NCBI GenBank assembly: GCA_041937175.2
Contig: CP166615.1
Span: 3,968,001 to 4,032,000 of the forward strand
Source of the DNA: Limnothrix sp. BL-A-16
Lineage (GTDB): Bacteria > Cyanobacteriota > Cyanobacteriia > CACIAM-69d
Length of the DNA: 64,000 nt
Reading direction: 5' to 3'
The notes below the pieces were generated by a model, which ran no database searches, was not told the DNA's origin, and worked only from the letters and a program-made list of their open reading frames with translations. Below are positions 50,200-59,924 of this stretch, piece by piece. Both the position numbers and the translations under genes were made by a program. How positions within the stretch are numbered: position 1 is the first letter of the stretch; each line of letters opens with the position of its first letter.

Positions 50200-51147
50200 T
50201 CAGGGGTTCATCAACGGTTCAATCACAATTTCGATTCGTCGATTGCGTTGCTGGCTGGCGGGATCCGGGTCGGGCGTGAGGGGCCGGCTGGCCCCGAAGC
50301 CGGCCGTAACCCAACGGTAGGGGCCCGTGAGCCGATCGGCCAGGTATTGACCCACGGCCTTGGCCCGGCGCAGGGTTAATTCTCGGTTGGCGGCCGGATC
50401 CCCGATCGCGTCACTGTGGCCGGCAATGCGCACGGTTGCGCCTGGGTAGTTTTGCAAGTCGGCGGCAATGGTGTCCAGAATGGCTCCGGCTGCCGGTTGC
50501 AGGTTGCTGTGATTGTCCTGAAACAACAAGTCCGTCGGCAGGGCGATGGTGAGGCGGCCGGCGGTTTGGGTGGGGGTGCTGCGGGTGGGGGATGGTGCGC
50601 TGCGGGGTGTGGATTCCGTGCTGTTCAGGGCTTGGGCGATCGCCTGCACCCGTTGCTCGATCGGCCCCGTGGGATTGCGATTGCCCAACTCCCCTTCAAT
50701 GGCCGTGGCCTCCCCAATCAGGGCATTCAGATCCGCTTCGAGGGCTTGCAGTTGGGTTTGCAGGGCCTTGCGTCGATCGGGGCTGAGGGTTGCGGCTGGA
50801 ACCGGCGACGCACTCAGGGTTGGACTGGGGCTGGGAATGGGGGCTGGGGGTAAGGCCAGCGGGCCGGGCGAGCGGGGCCAACGGGTTAACCATTGATCCA
50901 ACTGGCGCAGGGCCAATTCCAGCGGTGGGGTGCTGGTGATGGTTCCCGGAACCCAGCGAGCGGCAGCTACCCCGCCCAAAACCCCTGCAATCCCCAGTCC
51001 CAACAGCAGGGCCAGCCGCAACAGGGCAACAATCCAACCCCAAGGGCCCGGTCGGGGCGATCGAGCTGGAGGACGACCGGGCCGGCGCGATCGGTTCCGA
51101 TTGGGTTGGGGATCTGGGGTGGGCGGTAGTTCAAACGGCGATTGCAA
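50200..51147 (-). CDS. OmpA/MotB-family peptidoglycan-binding membrane protein
   Basis: TM segment, coiled coil, then GHSD...N..L..RRA..V...GFG...NRRIEI. Confidence 0.9.
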   Translation of the reverse strand: MQSPFELPPTPDPQPNRNRSRRPGRPPARSPRPGPWGWIVALLRLALLLGLGIAGVLGGVAAARWVPGTITSTPPLELALRQLDQWLTRWPRSPGPLALPPAPIPSPSPTLSASPVPAATLSPDRRKALQTQLQALEADLNALIGEATAIEGELGNRNPTGPIEQRVQAIAQALNSTESTPRSAPSPTRSTPTQTAGRLTIALPTDLLFQDNHSNLQPAAGAILDTIAADLQNYPGATVRIAGHSDAIGDPAANRELTLRRAKAVGQYLADRLTGPYRWVTAGFGASRPLTPDPDPASQQRNRRIEIVIEPLMNP

Positions 51148-51230
51148 AACTCAAAACGTCCTATCTTGAGGTTGATCGGGACATAGACCAGACGGGACTG
51201 TTTCCATTCTAGGCTGGTTCTTTGCTGGGC

Positions 51231-52418
51231 CTAGCGCCCGAGCCTGTTTTCAATCCCTTCGCAGCCGCCGGGAATTGTGCCGCGTGTGCGTTCCCCGCCC
51301 CACATGCAGCAATAGACCCGATCGGCCTCGGATAGATCAACCACGCCGCTCAAGTCGGCATTTTCAATCACGGCTCCTGTGCCTTCGCCGGTTTGGTAGT
51401 TGGCTTCGTCGTCCTCGCGTGATCGGGGCGTGGCGGTTTCCAAATTGCCGTAAAACAGCCTGACTCCCTTCAAGTCGGCTCCCCGCAAATTGGCCTCAAA
51501 TAAAATAGTGCGGCTGAGGTTGGCCCGGGTTAAGTTACAACCGCTGAGGTCGGCTCGCACCAGGTTGGTTTCCCCCAGGTCAACCCACCGTAGATCCGTG
51601 CCTTGAAGATCAGCCCCCGCTAACATCACGCCCAGATCAATGACCCGCACGCCCCGGGCCCGATCTTCTTCATAACCGCCGGAACCGTCCAAGATTGGCC
51701 GACCCAGCAGCCGATCGCGCTTGAGGGGTGTAACCAGCTTGGCTTGGGACAAAAAGCGCACAATTTTGGACTTGCCCTCCGCATCCACACTGCCAAGAAT
51801 GGCGGCGGTGCGGCCTTCCGCGATCGCCCGTTCTTGGGGCCAATCTTCCAAAAAACCCTGCTCATCCAAGGCCAAGTCCGATACGCCTTGGAAATAGGCA
51901 TCGATAGTTTGCTGTTGGGTAATCCGGTTTTGCTGAATGGTTAGATCCCGCGAGAGTACATATTGCTGCCAGGCCACATAGACCGCCAACACGGCGATCG
52001 CAATTTGGCCTAAGGCTCCCAGGGCTTCGCTAATCGCTCCCACCGCATCCCAATTGATGCTGAGGCGGGTTCCCTGTTCCCCCTGCGATCGCTCCGTGCC
52101 CCACAACAGCAGCAATCCAAAGACCCCAATGATCGATCCCAAGGCTCCCGCGATCGGCACACGCCAGGAAACGGGGATCAGTTGATTCCAGAGCTGGCTG
52201 CGAAACGGTGTGAGCAACCATAGACCCGTGCCCAAGGATCCCAAGCCACCAATTAACCCCAGCCAGAGATTGCCGGAAATTAGCCCCAAGGCTAACAGGG
52301 CGATTGTGGTGGGGACAACCACCGTGGTCAGGGTGCGGGATAGGGGTGAGGCAATTCGATCGACCGGAATCGATCGACTACCCGCGCCACCCTCAGATTT
52401 TTCAACAGACAAGCTCAT
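51231..52418 (-). CDS. Membrane protein with pentapeptide repeats
   Basis: N-terminal TM segments; ADLQG/TDLRW/ADLSG/ANLSR/ANLRG repeats. Confidence 0.88.
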   Translation of the reverse strand: MSLSVEKSEGGAGSRSIPVDRIASPLSRTLTTVVVPTTIALLALGLISGNLWLGLIGGLGSLGTGLWLLTPFRSQLWNQLIPVSWRVPIAGALGSIIGVFGLLLLWGTERSQGEQGTRLSINWDAVGAISEALGALGQIAIAVLAVYVAWQQYVLSRDLTIQQNRITQQQTIDAYFQGVSDLALDEQGFLEDWPQERAIAEGRTAAILGSVDAEGKSKIVRFLSQAKLVTPLKRDRLLGRPILDGSGGYEEDRARGVRVIDLGVMLAGADLQGTDLRWVDLGETNLVRADLSGCNLTRANLSRTILFEANLRGADLKGVRLFYGNLETATPRSREDDEANYQTGEGTGAVIENADLSGVVDLSEADRVYCCMWGGERTRGTIPGGCEGIENRLGR

Positions 52419-52644
52419 GCAACGGCTCCTTAACCGTTTTATTGAACTCTTCAATTCCCAGAATGCCAAGGGCCAATCATGGCCCCAAAACTTCTTTAAA
52501 ACGGTAGCAATTGATTTTGACGCAAGCTACAGTTCCCTGAGAGACTAGACCATTAACGCCAGCCACGAGCTTGTAGCGCTGCCGCCCGGCAACCTTGGCA
52601 ACGCCTGATCTGGCAGTCATCCCTAATGTGAACTTCCGAGAAAC

Positions 52645-53808
52645 ATGAAACTAGCGGCGCGGGTCGGACAAGTCACCCCCTCCATCACGCTCGCCATCAC
52701 TGCCAAGGCTAAGGCCATGAAAGCGAGCGGTCTGGATGTCTGTAGCTTCAGCGCCGGGGAGCCAGACTTCCCCACTCCGGCCCATGTGGTGGCGGCAGCC
52801 CAAAAGGCTTTGGATGAGGGCAAAACTCGCTATGGCCCGGCGGCAGGGGAACCGGCCCTGCGCCAGGCGATCGCCCAGAAGCTGAATCGTGATAACCGGT
52901 TGCCCTATGAACCGGAGCAGGTGATCGTCACCAATGGGGGCAAACATGCCCTCTACGGTTTGATGATGGCGACGATCGAAGCGGGCGATGAGGTGATTAT
53001 TCCCGCGCCCTACTGGCTCAGTTATCCAGAGATGGTGGTGCTGGCGGGGGGCAAGCCGGTGATTGTGCCCACCACGGAGGAGACGGGCTACAAGATTACG
53101 CCGGAACAGTTGCGATCGGTGATTACGCCGCGCACCAAGTTGCTGGTGATGAATTCGCCCTCGAACCCCACGGGCAAGGTTTACAGCCCCGACGAAATTC
53201 GAGCGATCGCCCAAGTGGTGATCGAAGCGGATATTGCGGTGGTGTCCGATGAAATTTACGAAAAAATTCTCTACGATGGGGCCGAGCACCTGAGCATTGC
53301 GGCCGTGGAGGGCATGTTCGATCGCACCCTGGTTTGCAATGGGTTTGCCAAGGCCTATTCCATGACTGGCTGGCGGGTGGGCTACCTGGCGGGGCCCCAT
53401 GCCCTGATTAACGCCGTGGCCACCATTCAGGGCCATGCCACTTCCAATGTTTGTACCTTTGCCCAGTTTGGGGCAGTGGCGGCCCTGGAAGAGTCCCAAG
53501 ACTGTGTGGCGGAAATGCTGGCAGCGTTCACGGAGCGGCGATCGGTGATGTTGGAGCGGATCCGGGCCTTGCCGGGGATCACCTGCTCAGAGCCGGAAGG
53601 TGCGTTTTATCTGTTCCCGAATATTACGAAGCTGGGCCTCGGGTCGATCGAGTTTTGCCAGCGCCTCCTGGAAGAGTTCCAAGTGGCCACGATTCCCGGC
53701 TTGCCCTTTGGGTCGGATGCCAACTTCCGCCTGTCCTATGCCACGGATCTGGATACGATTTTGCGGGGTATGGATCGACTGGATAAGTTTGTGGCTTCTT
53801 TGCAGTAG
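52645..53808 (+). CDS. aspC: PLP-dependent class I aminotransferase (aspartate aminotransferase-like)
   Basis: [31 protein letters not shown]. Confidence 0.88.
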   Translation: MKLAARVGQVTPSITLAITAKAKAMKASGLDVCSFSAGEPDFPTPAHVVAAAQKALDEGKTRYGPAAGEPALRQAIAQKLNRDNRLPYEPEQVIVTNGGKHALYGLMMATIEAGDEVIIPAPYWLSYPEMVVLAGGKPVIVPTTEETGYKITPEQLRSVITPRTKLLVMNSPSNPTGKVYSPDEIRAIAQVVIEADIAVVSDEIYEKILYDGAEHLSIAAVEGMFDRTLVCNGFAKAYSMTGWRVGYLAGPHALINAVATIQGHATSNVCTFAQFGAVAALEESQDCVAEMLAAFTERRSVMLERIRALPGITCSEPEGAFYLFPNITKLGLGSIEFCQRLLEEFQVATIPGLPFGSDANFRLSYATDLDTILRGMDRLDKFVASLQ

Positions 53809-53953
53809 GCGGCCATCAGCGTTCAATCAGGGCGCTGAATCCTCGATCATGGCTTGATTGATCATGGCTTGATTGGGGGATTCAGCGCCAGCGACGGGGT
53901 TGTTTGAGATGTGTTGATCGCCTCATTCACCGTAATCAGTTCCCCTAACAGCC

Positions 53954-54223
53954 ATGAACCGCCCCACTAATCCTTTGCAAATTTGGCAGTTGGCGACCCC
54001 TTACGATCGGCGAGAGTTTGCCATGGGGCTATTGGTGGCCCTGTCGTTGGGGGTGGGCTTTGGGTTTGGTGCTGAAAATTTCTATGTGGGCCTTTTAACC
54101 GGTTTGGTGGTGATGACTCTTCAGCAGCAACAGTTGGCCACGACGGTGCTGTTGCGGGAACTGGGCAAGGTGCGGGAGCTAGTGGATCAATCGGGCGATC
54201 GGGCTGAGGATGGGCCCGCCTGA
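53954..54223 (+). CDS. Small hypothetical membrane protein
   Basis: Two hydrophobic segments; fills the gap between aspC and lptC. Confidence 0.55.
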   Translation: MNRPTNPLQIWQLATPYDRREFAMGLLVALSLGVGFGFGAENFYVGLLTGLVVMTLQQQQLATTVLLRELGKVRELVDQSGDRAEDGPA

Positions 54224-54282
54224 GATTTTGGGGATCCTGAACGGGCGATCGAACCCAGGATGGTGGATTCTGCGGATCGATC

Positions 54283-55998
54283 CTAGGGGCCAAACAGGTT
54301 TGAGAACGGATCTTCAAAAATGCCGGTTTCTGTCCCCAACAGGGCCGGCGGAATCGGCGGCAAGGTGCTGGGAACGGGCGGCGGGCCCACGGGCGTGGCA
54401 GCGGGCCCCGGCGCGGGCGCACCAACGACGGGACTGGGCGCGGGCGCAGGGGAAGCGGCAGCCTGGAGATTTTCCGGGAAGAAGGTCGATCGGGCGCGGC
54501 TGTTGCCCCCGGATTGCAGGAAGATTGCGCCGTCTTTCATGGAACCCACGCCATAGTTACCCCGAGAAATCAGGAAGGGGTTGGCCTGTTGATAAAACAC
54601 ATTGCCGAAGGCTTGAAGTTGCTGATCGCGCATGGACCAAATCAGCCGATCGCTGCTGAGGTTGGCGCTGCGGAGGCGGGACACACCGCGCACATTGCCC
54701 AACATTTCGGCATTTTGGTTTTTGAGATCCATGAAGCCCCGATCGGCGTTTAACACCACCTGCTGTTGTCGTTCGTAGACCGTTACGGGGCGATCGGCCG
54801 TCAGGGACTGGGCTTGGAATTGCCAAATCAGGGAATCGCTGGCCACGTCTACCCCAGGATTACCGGTGCTGACTTGGGCTTGGTTACGCAAAAAGGCAAC
54901 GCGATCCTTTAAGCTCACATCTACCAAGTTGCCCACGGCCCGATCGGAAATGACACAGCGGCCGCCCGCACAGTTAAACCGCTCGATGATGGTGCGGGTG
55001 TCGCTGCTGACCAGTTGCGGTTTTTGTTGCCACACCACCCGCTGGGATTGCACGCGCACGGCGGGATCCTGGCGCACGCCCACCACGTTCCCGATCGCCT
55101 GGGCCACTTGGTCTTTCATTTGCCAAATAATGCGATCGGCCCGCAGTTGCATCGGCGGGTTCTGGCCGGTGGCAACGGCCTTGCCCTCCGCCTGGGCCAC
55201 TTGGTCTTTCATTTGCCACAACACCCGATCGGCCGTCAGCCGGTTGGCTCCCTTGTTCTGAACGGCGACCACATTCCCGATCGCCTCGCTGACTTGCTTT
55301 TTGCGCTGCCACACCAGCCGATCGGTCGTCAGCTTCATCTCGGGCTTGCTGCCGGTGGCCACCACCTTCCCGATCGCCTGTAGCTCGTCGGCCTTCATTT
55401 GCCAAATCAGCCGATCGCTGTCCAACTTCATCTGGCGATCCTTGGAGACCAGCTTCACCGCCTGCACCATCTCCACCCGGCGATCGCGACTGAACGCCAC
55501 CGCCTCCTGGGATTGGATCTTGGCCTGGGGATGATTCAGCGTCACCCCGCCCTTCATTTGCAGTTGGAACTTCGCGGGTTCCCAAGTGGCAGAGCCGCCC
55601 TGGAATTCCATTTTTTCCCGCACATCCTTGGCGCGCAAGTTGCCGGAAACCTTCAAAACTTGCCCGTTTTGTTCCACTTCCCCCTGTTTGGCCGTGATCT
55701 CATAGACCACCTTGCCATCCTGGAACAGCTTGCCCTTCACGTCCGACAGTTTGGCCAGCTTGCGATCGCGAGAATAGCGTGCTTGGTTGGCCCGCACTTC
55801 CCACAACACCTGCCCCTGCTTGTCCGCTCGGTTCAGGGTCAAATTGTCAAATACCAAGTCTCCTTGGAAGTCCTCGGCGGCCTTCGTGTCGGCGGCAATT
55901 CGTTCCTCCCCTCGGTTGCGATTGCCACAGGCCGTGCTCAGGCCGGCAATCAGTGCAAGGGCGACCAGTCCCCGAATAGCGCGAGTTGGAAAGCTCAT
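54283..55998 (-). CDS. lptC: LptC-family LPS export lipoprotein with expanded beta-jellyroll repeats
   Basis: Lipobox LSTAC, LWEVRANQARY, and repeated L.(A/S)DR..WQ....Q..A.G.V units; downstream of metG-NYN. Confidence 0.78.
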   Translation of the reverse strand: MSFPTRAIRGLVALALIAGLSTACGNRNRGEERIAADTKAAEDFQGDLVFDNLTLNRADKQGQVLWEVRANQARYSRDRKLAKLSDVKGKLFQDGKVVYEITAKQGEVEQNGQVLKVSGNLRAKDVREKMEFQGGSATWEPAKFQLQMKGGVTLNHPQAKIQSQEAVAFSRDRRVEMVQAVKLVSKDRQMKLDSDRLIWQMKADELQAIGKVVATGSKPEMKLTTDRLVWQRKKQVSEAIGNVVAVQNKGANRLTADRVLWQMKDQVAQAEGKAVATGQNPPMQLRADRIIWQMKDQVAQAIGNVVGVRQDPAVRVQSQRVVWQQKPQLVSSDTRTIIERFNCAGGRCVISDRAVGNLVDVSLKDRVAFLRNQAQVSTGNPGVDVASDSLIWQFQAQSLTADRPVTVYERQQQVVLNADRGFMDLKNQNAEMLGNVRGVSRLRSANLSSDRLIWSMRDQQLQAFGNVFYQQANPFLISRGNYGVGSMKDGAIFLQSGGNSRARSTFFPENLQAAASPAPAPSPVVGAPAPGPAATPVGPPPVPSTLPPIPPALLGTETGIFEDPFSNLFGP

Positions 55999-56278
55999 AG
56001 GTGCAGCAGCGGTTGATCCTGAGTCTGATCTTGGGTTGGCCCCTAGGTTGGATTCTGGGTTGGATCCGGCTGAATTCGTTGGGGTTGAATTCGGCTCGAT
56101 CGTGGCCGAGGGGGCTAGCCCATGGGCGATCGCTGGGGATCGAAAAACCGCGATCGTCAACCGCAATTCTAAAGGCGAACGGGCAGGGACGGGATTGCCC
56201 AGGCCAGTTTCTTGCGGGACTGGGGCCCCAGCGGGCTGCCATGCGCACCACAACTGAGGTCTGCAAGGGGGCGCAAGC

Positions 56279-56878
56279 TTAGCTCTCTAAACGCTCTTCA
56301 TCCGCATGGGGTAAGGGATGGTAGGTGTAGCCTTGGCGGGGGCTTTTTTTGATGTCGTCCTTGATCGCATCCAAATCAATATAGCGATCGGCCACGTTGA
56401 TCAAATTGTCGCTGGTCATCGATCGCAAGCTGACCACTTCCACCCGGGCCCCGCGATAGCTCACCGCATCCACCGCATAGGCTAAATCCCCATCGCCACT
56501 GACCAAAATGGCCGTGTCATAGGAACCCACCAGCGCCATCATGTCCACGGCGATTTCCACATCGAGGTTGGCCTTTTTAGACCCATCGGGGAGCTGCACC
56601 AAGTCCTTGGCCACCACCCGATAACCATTGCGCCGCATCCACAACAAAAAGCCCTGTTGCTTTTCGTTGGTGCGATCGACCCCAGTGTAAAAGAACGATC
56701 GCAACAGCCGCGACCCGGCGGTCAGGCGGCAAAGCAGTTTGGTGTAGTCGATTTCAATGCCCAATTGCAGCGCTGCATAGAACAAATTTGACCCATCAAT
56801 AAAGATGGCAACCCGCCCTCGATTTTCCAGAACTTGCTCTGGCGTAAAGATTGGATCTCGCTCCATGTTGCTATTCAT
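56279..56878 (-). CDS. NYN-domain protein (LabA/DUF88 family, LalA-like)
   Basis: IFIDGSNLFY, DVEIAVDM, LVSGDGD. Confidence 0.92.
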   Translation of the reverse strand: MNSNMERDPIFTPEQVLENRGRVAIFIDGSNLFYAALQLGIEIDYTKLLCRLTAGSRLLRSFFYTGVDRTNEKQQGFLLWMRRNGYRVVAKDLVQLPDGSKKANLDVEIAVDMMALVGSYDTAILVSGDGDLAYAVDAVSYRGARVEVVSLRSMTSDNLINVADRYIDLDAIKDDIKKSPRQGYTYHPLPHADEERLES

Positions 56879-57083
56879 GATTGTTATGCCTCGTCGTTTA
56901 AAGAAGAAGATGGAACCTGCTCGATCGCCAGCCCATCGAAAAAGGTTTCAAAGGTTCTTAAAGAGCAAAAAGAAAGAAAAAGATCATCAAAAGCTCGGGA
57001 CTTTTCAGGAGAGTTCTAGCAACTCCCTTCACGATAACCCGATCGCTCCGGTGGTCAATTCCAGTGCAATCGGTGCTCGCAAG

Positions 57084-58697
57084 TTACTGCGGCATTTCCA
57101 GCTTTTGGAACACGGGTTGCGGTTCCGCCAGCCCTTGCCCTGTCGGTAGGCCACCCCAATGGCCATGCCCCCCTAATTGCTCCCGCAGGGACGGATCCGC
57201 ATTCACGCGATCGAAATCCACTGCAAACCCCAATTGGCCATAAATCCGGCTGCTCAGTTGAGGCACGATCGGGGACAGCCAATAGGCCGCCAACCGCACC
57301 GACTCCAACACCGCATACAGGATTGCTTCCACAGCCGCCCGATCGCCCTGTTTGAACTTCGTCCAGGGGGCCTGCTCGTCTAAGTACTTGTTGCCCGTTT
57401 GCGCCAACGTCAGCACCGACTGACAGGCCTCGTGCAGCGCCATGGCCCGATAGGCTCGCCCTGCTCGATCGCCCAACGTCGTGCCCAGTTGGCGCAAAGG
57501 ATCCGTTTCCGCCACCGTCACCGACGGCACCCGACCCTCGCAATACTTGTGGGCCATCTTGAGGGTTCGGTTCAGCAAATTTCCCAAATCATTCGCCAAG
57601 TCCGCATTCACGATATTAATAAACCGCGTTTCATTGAAGTCCCCATCGCGGCCAAACTCAATTTCCTTGAGGAAGTAGTAACGAACCGCGTCGCTCCCAT
57701 AACGATCGATCAATGCCACCGGATCGATCGTATTCCCCAGCGTTTTGCCCATCTTTTGGCCATCTTTCGTTAAGAAGCCATGACCAAACAACCGTTGGGG
57801 AATCGGCAACCCAGCCGACATTAACATTGCTGGCCAATAAATGGCATGAAACCTCAGGATATCCTTACCAATCACATGGGTACTGATCGGCCACCAATGC
57901 TTCAGGGCATTCTCCAGGGTCGGGGCTTCACCGGGTTCTAACAGTGCCGTCACGTAGCCCAACAGCGCATCAAACCAAACATAAAGCGTATGCTTGGGAT
58001 CATTGGGCAGTGCGAATCCCCAGTCGATGTTGACTCGTGAAATGGAGAAATCTTGCAGCCCCCGTTCCACAAATGCCAACACCTCATTGCGGCGACTTTC
58101 CGGTTGAATAAATTCCGGATGGTCTCCATAAAATTGCTGAAGGGTCGCTTGATATTTGGAGAGCCGGAAAAAATAATTTTCCTCATCGCGCCACTCAGCC
58201 TGCTTGTTGGGATGCACCAGGCAATGATGATCCTCCGTTAGCTCCCGTTCTTCCTTAAATTCTTCGCAGGAAACGCAGTACCACCCCTGTTGCTTGCCAG
58301 AATAAATGTCCCCCGCAGCCCAAACCCGCTCAAAAAATTCCACCACAATGGCGCGATGTCGCTCGTCCGTTGTCCGAATGAAGCGATCGTAACGGATATT
58401 CAGCTTTTGCCAGAGATCGGTGAAACCCTGGACAATCTCATCACAGTGTTCCTGAGGGTTTTTGTTGCGTTCCTGGGCTGTCCGTTCGATTTTTTGGCCA
58501 TGCTCATCGGTGCCGGTAATCATTAGCACCGGATGCCCCTGTAACCGATAAAAACGGCCCACCGCATCCACCGCCATCGTGGTGTAGGCACTACCGATGT
58601 GGGGTAATGCGTTGACGTAATAGAGGGGGGTTGTGATCGTGAAGGGGGACGGTTGGAGGGGAGGCGGGGAACTGGTCAAATCTTCGGTGACAACCAT
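57084..58697 (-). CDS. metG: Methionine-tRNA ligase
   Basis: PHIGSAY, TGTDEHG, YVWFDAL, GKDILRFH, KMGKT (KMSKS-like). Confidence 0.97.
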   Translation of the reverse strand: MVVTEDLTSSPPPLQPSPFTITTPLYYVNALPHIGSAYTTMAVDAVGRFYRLQGHPVLMITGTDEHGQKIERTAQERNKNPQEHCDEIVQGFTDLWQKLNIRYDRFIRTTDERHRAIVVEFFERVWAAGDIYSGKQQGWYCVSCEEFKEERELTEDHHCLVHPNKQAEWRDEENYFFRLSKYQATLQQFYGDHPEFIQPESRRNEVLAFVERGLQDFSISRVNIDWGFALPNDPKHTLYVWFDALLGYVTALLEPGEAPTLENALKHWWPISTHVIGKDILRFHAIYWPAMLMSAGLPIPQRLFGHGFLTKDGQKMGKTLGNTIDPVALIDRYGSDAVRYYFLKEIEFGRDGDFNETRFINIVNADLANDLGNLLNRTLKMAHKYCEGRVPSVTVAETDPLRQLGTTLGDRAGRAYRAMALHEACQSVLTLAQTGNKYLDEQAPWTKFKQGDRAAVEAILYAVLESVRLAAYWLSPIVPQLSSRIYGQLGFAVDFDRVNADPSLREQLGGHGHWGGLPTGQGLAEPQPVFQKLEMPQ

Positions 58698-58974
58698 GGA
58701 TCGACAGACGAGATTAGGGGGATTTGTTAAGCGGAAAAACTGAGTATTTTTTCACAGCTTCTTAGAATACGGCCGAACCGAGCTTGCCGTCTATGGAGTA
58801 CGGGGCGGGAGTCTGGGAGAGTTGAAGGAATTTTGGATCCAATTTTGGGCTGCAATTTAACCGAACCGGGGGACTGGGGCCAGCTTTACCCTAGGCGATG
58901 AGGGGGAAAAGCGGAGGGAACGATCGGGGTTTCCATAGATTTGTGCAGATTTGCGCGGAAGATGCCCCAGGAAT

Positions 58975-59060
58975 GCACTCATCCTGCGGCCTAGTTGAGT
59001 AACTTCGGTTGTTGGGCTAGGACTGGTATCCCTACGCCTTGAGGCTGCGGAGGATGTCAA
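58975..59060 (+). mobile_element. Orphan IS200/IS605 right end / omegaRNA-like structured remnant
   Basis: Ends GGTATCCCTACGCCTTGAGGCTGCGGAGGATGTCAA, resembling IS605 right ends (hairpin then TCAA); preceded by a C(UUCG)G hairpin rich in G-U pairs. Confidence 0.62.
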
Positions 59061-59524
59061 TCTGCCGTCAATCGGTAGGGGCTGCGCATCCCTGGCTTGA
59101 AGGTTCCAACCCAAACCTCGTAGGTGCCAGCCGGCCATTGGGGTGCGGTCACTTGGGCGGAAGCCGTGCCCACGGTGTCATCGCCACAGAGGAGCAGTCC
59201 GTTGGGGCCGCGCACGGCCAAGGTGGTGTCGTCTTGGCCGCTGTTGACACTGAGGGTCAGGTTGGCGATCGGGGTTTGCAGGGTCAGGCGGTGATTGGGA
59301 CTCAGGGAGCTGAAGCCAAGACAATCGTGGCCCGCTTGGTCGGTCGATCGCCCCAGGACAGCGGAGGGCAAGTCATGGGAGCCGATCGCCGTGCCGGTGA
59401 GGGAACCCTTGGGACTGTTGTTGGAAAGGGTCAAGTCTCCATCAATGGAAGTCTGGGCGATCGCGCGGGTGGCCCAGCAGCTCACCATGGCACAACCTAA
59501 GGTCAAAATCAGGGCAGGTTTCAC
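59057..59524 (-). CDS. Secreted hypothetical protein (PPC-like beta-sandwich)
   Basis: Signal peptide ending AIA-Q; CLGF...DTTLAVRGP...CGDD...GTYEVWVG. Confidence 0.75.
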   Translation of the reverse strand: MKPALILTLGCAMVSCWATRAIAQTSIDGDLTLSNNSPKGSLTGTAIGSHDLPSAVLGRSTDQAGHDCLGFSSLSPNHRLTLQTPIANLTLSVNSGQDDTTLAVRGPNGLLLCGDDTVGTASAQVTAPQWPAGTYEVWVGTFKPGMRSPYRLTAD

Positions 59525-59645
59525 GGTTGAAGGACTCTAGTTGCAAGCTGAATGGGTACTATTCAACCTATTCTCAGCGGTGCGACCTTGGCCCGCCGTT
59601 TCGACCTATTTTTGATCCGACTGTGGCAGTTCCACGGAGACAAAG

Positions 59646-59825
59646 ATGCCGTTAATTTTGGGGGCGATCGGGGCGGTGGCCCTGCTGCTGTTTTTGGACT
59701 GGACTGTGGTGGGGGCCTTTGTGGCCGTTATTCGTGGCTGGGTGGGTTGGGTGTTGCCGTTGCCCGGTTGGTTGGCGGCCGTTGGGGGATTGGCTTTTTT
59801 GGTTTGGTGTCTGAGTGAGGATTAG
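59646..59825 (+). CDS. Small membrane protein (59 aa, absent from the ORF track)
   Basis: GGAG RBS at 59636-59639; MPLILGAIGAVALLLFLDW...LAFLVWCLSED*. Confidence 0.55.
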   Translation: MPLILGAIGAVALLLFLDWTVVGAFVAVIRGWVGWVLPLPGWLAAVGGLAFLVWCLSED

Positions 59826-59833
59826 CGCTGAAG

Positions 59834-59882
59834 ATTGGGTGTTGAGAATTGGGTGTTGAGAATTGGGTGTTGAGAATTGGGT
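59834..59882. repeat. 14-bp tandem repeat x3.5
   Basis: ATTGGGTGTTGAGA repeated. Confidence 0.92.
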
Positions 59883-59924
59883 ACTTTTAAAATCGCATAG
59901 TCCTAGCAGTTAGTCCTAGCAGTC

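Noticed and set aside
58700..59050. SAM or cobalamin riboswitch, or T-box, upstream of metG
   Set aside because: No consensus riboswitch motifs were recognised. The structure favours the opposite (+) strand and ends like an IS605 right end.
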